A model generated the notes under the pieces. That model saw only the letters and a program-made list of their open reading frames with translations. It did not search any database and had not been told where the DNA came from. A stretch of DNA of 61,534 bases from a virus (taxonomy: Duplodnaviria; Caudoviricetes): the IMG/VR virus record IMGVR_UViG_3300010366_000013, positions 1 through 61,534 of that record; one strand, written 5' to 3'. The translations under genes and the position numbers were made by a program. The number at the start of each line of letters is the position of its first letter. Within the stretch, counting starts at the first letter, position 1. Of the stretch, positions 54,050 through 61,534 are shown piece after piece.

Positions 54050-55200
54050 GAGGCGACAATGTCGTCCCGTTCTACTCAGACGACCGCGGGTCGCGGATCG
54101 AAGAGTTCCGCCCGATATATGTGTCGCAACTTGAAGGAAAGACCCCTAAGCCGCGGGAATGGTTGGTTGACGGCATCTTGATGCGCGGCACCGTGACCCT
54201 CTTCGCCGGGCCGCCAAAAGTCGGGAAGAGCCTCCTCGGACAGCAACTTCTCACCGCGGTTGCGAGCGGGCTCGAGTGGCTCGGCCATGCGGTCATGCAG
54301 GTGCGGACTTTCGGGCTCTTTACCGAAGATCCGATCGACGAACTCCACCGCCGCCAGGACGCGATCAACGCGCACTACCAGCGCAACGCCGCCGACTTCG
54401 AGCTCGACATGAGTTTCGACGCCCGCGAGGGCAAGGACGCGATGCTGTGCACGTTCGACCGCACCGACACGATCCAGTTCACGCCGCTCTGGTTCCAGTT
54501 GTGGAACTACGTCCAAGAGGAAGGGGTCGGTGTGGTGATGCTCGATCCCGTTTCCGTCATCTACGGCGGCAGCGAAAATTTCCGCAATCAAGTCACCATC
54601 TTCATGCGCGAGCTCGTGAAGAAAGCGGTCGCGATAAACGGCGCGATCCTCCTATCGGTGCACCCGTCGAAAGCGCAGGCATCGGGCTACTCGGGATCTA
54701 CCGCTTGGCTCGGCGCCGCGCGCTTCGGCATGACGTTGCAGCGCCCGCCCGAGTATGACCCCGACACCGACGTACCGCGCGACGCCCGCGTCCTGCGCGG
54801 GCTGGGAGCGAACTACACAGCGGGGTTTAAGCCGCAGCGCCTCGAGTACCGCGACGGCGTTTTCGACCTCTCCGCGCCCCCCGAAGCGCCGCAAAAACGG
54901 ATCCTAACGCAGAACGACCGGGTCGAGCTTCGCTATAGGTTGCTCGCCGGCGTCAAGCGGGTGGTGATGAACGGCGGCCGGGTGCCGGCCGACGAGATGC
55001 ACCGTGAGTCGATGCCAGCCCGAGCCCGGCGCTCGCCTGATGCGCAAATCAATCATGTGCCGCTCAACGATCTCTACGCCGCGCAGGGGGAGCTCATCGA
55101 CTCGGGGCAGCTTGTGCGGGTCGACGTCGCGCGCCGCTGCCTGCTGCGCCCGGCGGACGGGCCGCTCTATCCGAACGAAATGCCGTGGTTGTCGTCATGA
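54046..55200 (+). CDS. RepA/AAA_25-type replicative helicase
   Basis: REWLVDG, GPPKVGKS Walker A, MLDP Walker B, HPSK and SGSTAW motifs. Confidence 0.85.
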   Translation: MRGDNVVPFYSDDRGSRIEEFRPIYVSQLEGKTPKPREWLVDGILMRGTVTLFAGPPKVGKSLLGQQLLTAVASGLEWLGHAVMQVRTFGLFTEDPIDELHRRQDAINAHYQRNAADFELDMSFDAREGKDAMLCTFDRTDTIQFTPLWFQLWNYVQEEGVGVVMLDPVSVIYGGSENFRNQVTIFMRELVKKAVAINGAILLSVHPSKAQASGYSGSTAWLGAARFGMTLQRPPEYDPDTDVPRDARVLRGLGANYTAGFKPQRLEYRDGVFDLSAPPEAPQKRILTQNDRVELRYRLLAGVKRVVMNGGRVPADEMHRESMPARARRSPDAQINHVPLNDLYAAQGELIDSGQLVRVDVARRCLLRPADGPLYPNEMPWLSS

Positions 55201-56085
55201 CCGGCGGCTGGGTTGACGGACTCGCCGAGTGGATCGAGGGCGATACTGCCTATCTGTCGATTGCCTTCTCGTGGCGCCTCGACGACGCCTACATGCGCGC
55301 CGTCTTTTACCGGGCCCAAGGCTACCACGTCCGCGCCGGCGGCCCCGGGCTCTTCACCCGGAAGACCTACCTGGCCGACGTCGCCGAGATCGGTGGCGAT
55401 ATCCCCGACGCGATCGTGCGCCACAATCCCAGCGCGACGATCGCCAGCCGCGGGTGCCCCGTCGGCTGTTGGTTCTGCATCGTGCCGGCGATGGAGGGTC
55501 GCGACTTCACCGAGTTGCCCGATTTTCCGGTACGCCCGGTGCTGTGCGACAACAACCTCTCGGCGCTCTCGCCGGAATATCAGCGGCACATCATCGGCCG
55601 TTACCTTAAAGCGGGCGTGCCTTTACTCGACGCCAACAGCGGTTTCGAGCCGCGCACCTTCGATGAAGAAGTATTCGAGCGCTGGCGGCCGATCAACAAA
55701 GGCCCGTGGCGGTTTGCCTACGACGACGCGGCCGATGGCCCGCACGTCGAGCGCGCCATGCGGATGCTGCGCCGCGCCGGCGTGCGACCGCGCAAGATCC
55801 AAGTCTACGTGCTGATCGGTAACGAGCCGGTGGCGGCGTGCGTCGAGCGCATCCGCCGGGTGATCGCCTGGGGCGGCGAACCCTACGCGCAGCCGCTGAT
55901 GAAACTCAACGCGCTGCAGAAACGCCCGTGGGTTCGACATGATTGGACGCTGGGCGAATTACTGCGCCGGCAGCGCTGGGTGAATCCGTCGGCTAGCCGT
56001 CCGCGGGATCCCCTACGAGAGCTACAACGCCTCGGCAAAGACGACGCGACTGCTGCCGGCAAACACCTGGGAGCTCGCGCTGTGA
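55197..56085 (+). CDS. radical SAM protein with an apparent +1 frameshift near 55986
   Basis: ASRGCPVGCWFCIVP (CxxxCxxC), DNN, RFAYD and YVLIG; removing one C restores a C-terminus WVNRRLAVRGIPYESY...ELAL*. Confidence 0.8.
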
Positions 56086-56114
56086 TCGCCGACCGAATGG
56101 AGGAATTATTCGCC

Positions 56115-56426
56115 ATGAGCCAGCAACACGAGACGACGGGCATCCCGGCGCCTGGCCCGATTAACGCGCCGCCAGACGAAAGAAAGGTTCCTGCTAAATT
56201 AGCGCAGGCGGCGCCGGATGGGGATTCGGCGCCGTCACGCGTGGTCGTCATCGTGATCAAGGACGGCAAGGTCACGACTGTGGCTGGGACGATCCCGCTC
56301 GATATCGCCAGCGCCGAGGCCTGGCGACCGAACCTCGAGGCGATCCGCGCCAAGTACGGGTGGGTCTGCCGGGTCATGGGCGACGACGCGCTGGTCAGCC
56401 TGGCGCGTGACGTCATGGCGCTGTGA
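56115..56426 (+). CDS. hypothetical protein (fused to the radical SAM ORF in the track)
   Basis: own GGAGG RBS before ATG 56115. Confidence 0.5.
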   Translation: MSQQHETTGIPAPGPINAPPDERKVPAKLAQAAPDGDSAPSRVVVIVIKDGKVTTVAGTIPLDIASAEAWRPNLEAIRAKYGWVCRVMGDDALVSLARDVMAL

Positions 56427-56427
56427 C

Positions 56428-56766
56428 ATGGAACAGCAAATCGGACAAATGGAATTGCGCGAGGCCGACGGCATGGTCGAGCTCCGCATCGGCCGGGTCG
56501 TCGTGCTGCTGATCGACCCGGCGGTAGCGCACGATCTCGGCTACCGAATGATGGAGTGCGCGCGCTACAGCGTCGCCAAGGTTTCCGACGACCCGGCGCG
56601 ATCCGAGGTGCGCCGCTTCGTGGCGGAACTGCTGCGCGTCGACAGGCGCCGCAGCGGGGCCGGCGGCAAGGCGCGGGCCGCGGTGCTATCGCCGGAACAG
56701 CGCAGCGAGATCGCCCGCAAAGGCGCGGCGGCCAGGTGGGGAAATGGCGAACCGCAGAGTGCCTGA
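56428..56766 (+). CDS. hypothetical protein with a GGKARA..LS.E.RSEIARK.A.ARW motif
   Basis: motif visible at the C-terminus. Confidence 0.65.
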   Translation: MEQQIGQMELREADGMVELRIGRVVVLLIDPAVAHDLGYRMMECARYSVAKVSDDPARSEVRRFVAELLRVDRRRSGAGGKARAAVLSPEQRSEIARKGAAARWGNGEPQSA

Positions 56767-56917
56767 GACGGTCATCGACCGCATCCGGCTGTTTGCCGCC
56801 TACGGCGCGAACTCGGTGCTGGTGGCGCGGTTATGCCCCGGCTATTCCGACGCCTCGATCCGGGTGCTGGCGCGGCGGCGCGGCATCAAGCTCGACGATT
56901 GGCGGGGGAAAAAATGA
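56744..56917 (+). CDS. small HTH-like protein (57 aa, not in ORF track)
   Basis: MANRRVPETVIDRIRLFAAYGANSVLVARLCPGYSDASIRVLARRRGIKLDDWRGKK*. Confidence 0.5.
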   Translation: MANRRVPETVIDRIRLFAAYGANSVLVARLCPGYSDASIRVLARRRGIKLDDWRGKK

Positions 56918-57020
56918 CCGGCGCCCGACAGGCACAGCAAATGCCGACACCGCTCCCCGACGGCCCGACAACGTGGCTCCTCGGGGTGATCCTGCGGATC
57001 TACTTCGCCGTGGTGTGGTG

Positions 57021-57692
57021 GTGATCTGCTACGCCTCGCGCACCGGGACGATACGCAATCTCGCGGCGCTGCGCGCCCGTGGCTGGGGGCTCTTGGTGTC
57101 GCGGGCCGGGAAGTGGCGAACGCACGGTTTCGAGCGGTGGGCGGCTGACAACGGCGCGTGGACTGATCACCAGGCCGGACGTCCTTTTGACGAGGATCGC
57201 TATGAGAAATTCCTCGGGTGGGTTGAAACACAGAAGGTTGTACCTGCTTGGTGCGTCCTTCCGGATGTTGTTGCTGGCGGTCGCTCCTCCCTCGAATTGT
57301 CGTCGCGTTATCTCAACCGCTGTCTGGCGGTGGCGCCTCTCGTGCTCCTCCCGGTACAGAACGGCATGGTCGAGGCTGACATCGCGGCGATGGTTGGGCC
57401 GAACGTAGGCGTCTTCCTCGGCGGCACAACCGAATGGAAACTCGAGACGATGGCCCGCTGGGGCGTATTCTGCGCCCGGCACCGGGTGCACTACCATGTC
57501 GCCCGGGTCAACACGACGCGCCGCATGTTTGCCGCTATCGCGGCGGGGGCTCACAGCGTCGACGGCTCAAGCGCCTCGCGCTACGCCACCAACCTGCCAA
57601 AGCTCGACGGCGCGCGGCGGCACATCGATTTGTTTGGCCCCGACGGACAGCCTAGAGCGGCCGGTCAGTCGCTTGCGGCAGCGGCACTGTGA
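57021..57692 (+). CDS. TGT/DpdA-like TIM-barrel protein (possible DNA base-exchange enzyme)
   Basis: ADNGAW, LPDVV, PVQNG, FLGG..EWK, HVARVNT.RR and SVDGS motifs. Confidence 0.65.
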   Translation: MICYASRTGTIRNLAALRARGWGLLVSRAGKWRTHGFERWAADNGAWTDHQAGRPFDEDRYEKFLGWVETQKVVPAWCVLPDVVAGGRSSLELSSRYLNRCLAVAPLVLLPVQNGMVEADIAAMVGPNVGVFLGGTTEWKLETMARWGVFCARHRVHYHVARVNTTRRMFAAIAAGAHSVDGSSASRYATNLPKLDGARRHIDLFGPDGQPRAAGQSLAAAAL

Positions 57693-57966
57693 TGGTGGTG
57701 CGCTGCCCCGGGCACAAGGTCATCCCCGGGTGGTACGGCACGACCTTCGGCGCGTCGGGCCCGCAGCCTGAGACCTCATTGAACGCATCGATCTTGCCCT
57801 GGTTGTAGGCGATATCGAGGCGCTGAAGGATCACCCACGCCTGAACGATGACCAAGGCGGCATTGACAGCGACGATAAACCAGCGTCGGCGCCACGCAGA
57901 TAAAACCGCGACCACGGTGTTGACGACGATCGCGAGGATCATCCCCAAGACGATGGCGATGTTCAT
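57652..57966 (-). CDS. membrane protein
   Basis: two N-terminal hydrophobic helices; ATGA overlap. Confidence 0.6.
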   Translation of the reverse strand: MNIAIVLGMILAIVVNTVVAVLSAWRRRWFIVAVNAALVIVQAWVILQRLDIAYNQGKIDAFNEVSGCGPDAPKVVPYHPGMTLCPGQRTTITVPLPQATDRPL

Positions 57967-58493
57967 GGCGCCGCGTCGCGAAACATGTTGGGGATCGCGC
58001 CGCCGAGCGTCGGCCCGTCGATCGGCTCGCGGATGTCCTTTTCGGGGTCGGCGCGCAGCATGCGTATCGTGGTTTTCCAATCGCGCACGATATCCCAGAG
58101 GAATTGCGCGCGCTCGGTGCGGCTCGACACGTAGCAGATCACATATTCGCGCCGTTTCGGGTCTTCGCTCGGGCGCAGCGTGCCGGGCGCAACCCGCTCG
58201 GGCGCGCCGCCTTCGCCGCGGATCACGGCGCCGGCTTCGCGGGTCGCCATCCACATTTCGCCGATATAGGCGTAGGCGACGATCTTCGGCTCGGCGAGCG
58301 GGTTCAAGTGGGCGCGGATCGTCGCGAAGGCGATCTGTTTTTCGAAGTCTCCCCCCCACGGCGTAATGAAGGTTTGCACTTTGTCTGTCGCGTCGAACAA
58401 CAGCCAAGTTGGAGGGAGCTCGCGGCGCTGGTCGACCAGCCACTCGGTCGCGACCTTCTCGGCGTAGCGGCGGATCTCGTCGAAATCGATCAT
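57963..58493 (-). CDS. hypothetical protein
   Basis: MIDFDEIRRYAEK...IGEMWMA...PSEDPKRRE. Confidence 0.7.
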   Translation of the reverse strand: MIDFDEIRRYAEKVATEWLVDQRRELPPTWLLFDATDKVQTFITPWGGDFEKQIAFATIRAHLNPLAEPKIVAYAYIGEMWMATREAGAVIRGEGGAPERVAPGTLRPSEDPKRREYVICYVSSRTERAQFLWDIVRDWKTTIRMLRADPEKDIREPIDGPTLGGAIPNMFRDAAP

Positions 58494-58854
58494 GCGTTCG
58501 CCCAGCCGAGTTTCTCGCGCATCACCGCGGCCGCCGATCGCCCGTTGGGCGTGGCAAAGACCGCGGTCACGACGCGACCCGCATCGGGGTTGGTTCCAGC
58601 CCCGCCCCCACACCAGCCGGCACCCGCCGGCGCTGTATTTCTCAAACCACTCGCCAACGCGGCCGAGATCGTCGGGGCCAAAGATATTGACCAGAAAGAA
58701 AGGCGGCGCGGTCAGCGTCGAGCTCCCGCACGATATCCGGCACCTCGCGCTCAAGGTTCGCCAGCGCCGCGCGCAGCACCGACTGCCCGTGCTGCTGATA
58801 GCCGTGGTCGTCGGCTTCCGGGGTCAGGTCGATGATCGGGCGCCCGCTCATCAT
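58490..58854 (-). pseudogene. hypothetical gene broken by two +1 frameshifts (or sequencing errors)
   Basis: deleting one base in each of the runs at 58699-58701 and 58605-58609 yields one 120-aa ORF coupled to both neighbours. Confidence 0.6.
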
Positions 58855-59513
58855 CACCTTCTCCGTAGCAGTTCCTGCGCGCGCAGCGCTCGCGCGGCGA
58901 CATCCCGCCGCGACGAAAAGTCTTTGTCGACCGTGGCAGGTTGGGTGGCGGCCATTTGTCCCTCGTGAACGAAGAAGCCGCGCGCCGTCTCGACCCCGTC
59001 CGCGCCGCGATAGCGCCACAGCACGGCACCATATTCGTGGACGAGCGCCATGATCAGCGAGCGCACCGGGTCGCGCTGCCAAGCGTCCTCGTACCCGGCC
59101 GCGACCCACATCGCCACCGCCGCGACGTCGTCTCCGTTTGGCGACTTACCGGGCCCGCGCAGGCGAACCATATCGGGCAGCGGATCGACCACCACACCGC
59201 AGCTATCGGGCCGCAGATCAGCGGGCCATTCGTTGATCCGGTAGCCGCAAAACCAAGTGCGGCAGCTATCCGGACGGTTCGCATAGATCGCGCAGCCCGG
59301 GCTGGCGGACGGCACCCGGCGCTCGTGCTCGCACGCGGTGAACGCCCGCAGCTTGAGTTCGACGACTGGCACGAGGTGGCAGCACGTTGTGCAATTGCCG
59401 CAACTCGTCCGGTGGATCATCGCGAGATCCTCGCGGAGTCGCGTAAGTTCCTCGGGCAATAGCGCCGGGCGGCGCACTGTTGGTCTACCGTTCTTCAAGC
59501 CACCAATCTCCAC
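58854..59513 (-). CDS. YkgJ-like CxxCxxCC cysteine-cluster protein (start uncertain)
   Basis: CGNCTTCC, CEH, GCAIYANRPDSCR.W.C. Confidence 0.75.
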   Translation of the reverse strand: MEIGGLKNGRPTVRRPALLPEELTRLREDLAMIHRTSCGNCTTCCHLVPVVELKLRAFTACEHERRVPSASPGCAIYANRPDSCRTWFCGYRINEWPADLRPDSCGVVVDPLPDMVRLRGPGKSPNGDDVAAVAMWVAAGYEDAWQRDPVRSLIMALVHEYGAVLWRYRGADGVETARGFFVHEGQMAATQPATVDKDFSSRRDVAARALRAQELLRRR

Positions 59514-59712
59514 GGTCGGGCCACAGCCCGTTGTATTTTATGCGCTGCGCCATAATCAGCGTGCCGTGGTGGGTCGCGACGTTGAACCTGGCGCCACACG
59601 GCTTGCACTCGATGTTCGTCGACCGACCGCCCGACGGCCCGCGCCAGAAACGATTGTCGCCGCAATCGGGGCAGCGGTGCGCCGCCAGCGTTTCGAGGCC
59701 GGCGTCGATCAT
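59485..59712 (-). CDS. zinc-ribbon protein
   Basis: CPDCG...GPSGG.STNIECKPCG.RFNV. Confidence 0.7.
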   Translation of the reverse strand: MIDAGLETLAAHRCPDCGDNRFWRGPSGGRSTNIECKPCGARFNVATHHGTLIMAQRIKYNGLWPDRGDWWLEER

Positions 59713-60590
59713 CGCCGCGGTAGGTCTACGTTCGCCATCAGCGGCTGGCGCAGACCGCGGTTGATCGCGCGCAGGAGCCCGGTCGCGTATGCGCGCGCAC
59801 CGCCCTTGCTATCGAGCATCCCCATCTTGCGGATCTCCTCGACGATATTCGCGTGTCCGGTGCGGGCAATGCGCTCCCGCCACCTGTCGTCGGCGAGCGA
59901 CTCACCGCGGGGCATGCAGCGCTCGAGGTGATGGAATGCCCACAGGATGCGCGCCGGCATCGGATGACCGGCGCAGACCTGTGCGGCGAGCGGGAACACC
60001 CGTTCCATCGCCGCGGTGTTGGTGCGCAGCATCGTCGCGAACGCGCTGACGCAGGTGATGTGCTGCGCATCCGCGGGGATGCCGATCGTGCGGCTGTGGG
60101 ATTCCGCCAGCGCCGTCATCCGCATCGCGATCGGGTCGCCGGCCATGATGAGCGCCTTGAATTGATCGCTGATCGTCGGCATGCGCCGGTTCGTGTTGGA
60201 AGCCAGAAACGCAATGGCCTCGTCTCGGACAGTGTCGAGCTCGAAAATTATGCAAGGCAATTCCTTGATGTGCGCCAGATACGACGCCGCCTTGAGCCGG
60301 TGTTGCCCATCCACCACAAAGTAAATTGTCGACCCGGGACGCCTGCTAACTTCCAAGACGCCGCAGGATGTCCAGTTCCAGTTCGCCGCCATAACCGCGA
60401 CCTGGCGCTCGTTAAGTTTGCGCTGGTACTGGCTGTCGATGGAGAGGCGCGCCTTGGCGATGCTCACCTGCACGCCTGGCTCGTTTTTCAGCGGCACGAA
60501 ATTCTGGCGCAGCGGCGACGCCGTCGTCGTCGGGATCAGTGTCGTCGCGGCACCAGCACGGCTTTGGAGAATTGCGGTATCGGCGGCCAT
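59709..60590 (-). CDS. ParB/Srx-like N-terminal domain protein (DUF6551-like)
   Basis: LSIDSQYQR, VVDGQHRLKAA and EA..F...N motifs. Confidence 0.8.
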   Translation of the reverse strand: MAADTAILQSRAGAATTLIPTTTASPLRQNFVPLKNEPGVQVSIAKARLSIDSQYQRKLNERQVAVMAANWNWTSCGVLEVSRRPGSTIYFVVDGQHRLKAASYLAHIKELPCIIFELDTVRDEAIAFLASNTNRRMPTISDQFKALIMAGDPIAMRMTALAESHSRTIGIPADAQHITCVSAFATMLRTNTAAMERVFPLAAQVCAGHPMPARILWAFHHLERCMPRGESLADDRWRERIARTGHANIVEEIRKMGMLDSKGGARAYATGLLRAINRGLRQPLMANVDLPRR

Positions 60591-60623
60591 CGTCTTCCCC
60601 TAGTTGAGGTGCGATGGGCGGCG

Positions 60624-60653
60624 AGCGTAAAACTAAGTTGCGCGTGTGGCAAC
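60624..60653 (-). promoter_or_regulatory. promoter overlapped by a 17-bp operator
   Basis: TTGCCA-N17-TACGCT on the minus strand; GTTGCGCGTGTGGCAAC at 60637-60653. Confidence 0.7.
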
Positions 60654-60665
60654 ACCCGCGCCGAT

Positions 60666-60908
60666 TTACCCCTCGCGCAGTAGCTCGATCAACCCAGGCA
60701 CGACCCCCTGCAGCGCGTCCCGGCGCTCGCAAACCAGGCGATAGAGGTAGGCGGTGATGTCGGGGTGCGGCTGCATGCGACCGGACAGCCAGCGCCGTAC
60801 CGTGCGATCGGCGACCTCGAGTTCGCGCGATAGCGGCGTCTGCCACTGGTCGCCGTAGAGCGCCTCGCCTACCCGGCGCAGTAGCTCGGGCGACATCGAC
60901 TCAGCCAT
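60666..60908 (-). CDS. HTH DNA-binding protein
   Basis: GEALYGDQWQTPLSRELEVADRTVRRWLSG. Confidence 0.75.
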   Translation of the reverse strand: MAESMSPELLRRVGEALYGDQWQTPLSRELEVADRTVRRWLSGRMQPHPDITAYLYRLVCERRDALQGVVPGLIELLREG

Positions 60909-60939
60909 CAAACGATCTCCGCATACTTGTGGGCGCCAA

Positions 60940-61314
60940 TCACTGGACGCTCCGTTGTTTGAGGACGTGCCACAGCACGAGGTCGACGACGGTGTTGTCA
61001 CTGCGCTTCTTCGAGAACTTCCCGGCCAGCAGGCGCGGTATGTTGCGGTTCAGCGAGCGCTCGATGCTGAGCATCATCTGGCGGCCCTCGTCGGGCGCGT
61101 AGCCGTCGGCCTCGGCCTCGGCCTCGGCGAGGACGTGACGCTCGATGCGCACACAAAACCTGCCGTACTCGATCGAGACGCCATCGGCCAGCCGGTTGGC
61201 GACCGCTTCCGGACTGAGCCCAGAATCATTTCGGGTTCCGCGCTCCCTGAGCTCGCGCGCAACCTTTTCGGGATCCCAATCGATCGCGGGGTACTTGTCT
61301 GGCTTATCGCTCAT
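60940..61314 (-). CDS. hypothetical protein
   Basis: 124 aa, GAGGAGG RBS. Confidence 0.65.
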   Translation of the reverse strand: MSDKPDKYPAIDWDPEKVARELRERGTRNDSGLSPEAVANRLADGVSIEYGRFCVRIERHVLAEAEAEADGYAPDEGRQMMLSIERSLNRNIPRLLAGKFSKKRSDNTVVDLVLWHVLKQRSVQ

Positions 61315-61427
61315 CAAAACCCCTCCTCGATCCGCGCGCCGCAGCCGGCCGCGACTAGCGCGCGCTCGATCGCTTCCGCGACGTTGCGCACCGCGGCCGC
61401 GGCGATCAGATCCGGGTTGCGGCTCAC
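61314..61427 (-). CDS. small hypothetical protein (37 aa)
   Basis: GTGA and TGATG overlaps with both neighbours. Confidence 0.45.
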   Translation of the reverse strand: MSRNPDLIAAAAVRNVAEAIERALVAAGCGARIEEGF

Positions 61428-61521
61428 GCCGCCACCGCTTGATCGGTGCGCACCGGCGACATTACCCAAGCGCTACCAGCCTGCGCGATCGACACCTTGA
61501 AGCGAGCCGTGCCGGCCGCGC
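61424..61521 (-). CDS. 3' part of the junction-spanning gene that starts at 250
   Basis: in frame with 250-1; 348 nt in total. Confidence 0.8.
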
Positions 61522-61534
61522 CGGCATCCTCGCC
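61522..61534. repeat. 13-bp terminal direct repeat, right copy
   Basis: identical to 1-13. Confidence 0.9.

Overview
The window is most likely a complete, circular genome (about 61,521 bp) of a GC-rich temperate podovirus-like phage, probably of an alphaproteobacterium. The last 13 nt repeat the first 13 nt, and a minus-strand gene reads in frame across that junction. Recognisable modules: leftward early/anti-defence genes including ArdC (about 6.4 kb down through the junction to 57.6 kb); an accessory block (7-15 kb); terminase, portal, capsid, four head-tail adaptor paralogues, nozzle, ejection proteins and tail fibre (15-44.7 kb); RecT; attP, tyrosine integrase and excisionase; a CI/Cro switch; RuvC-like resolvase, primase and helicase; and a radical SAM plus DpdA/TGT-like pair. 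The standout is a TIGR-Tas-like RNA-guided locus. A nuclease-less Nop/IS110-related protein (9380-10225, minus strand) is followed, starting at its stop codon, by 32 units of about 36 nt. Each unit has two alternating 10-nt repeats and two variable 8-nt spacers. Its promoter carries one of about 12 copies of a GTTGC-N7-GCAAC operator that is also found at the CI/Cro switch. All product calls come from motif recognition by eye; no database searches were run.
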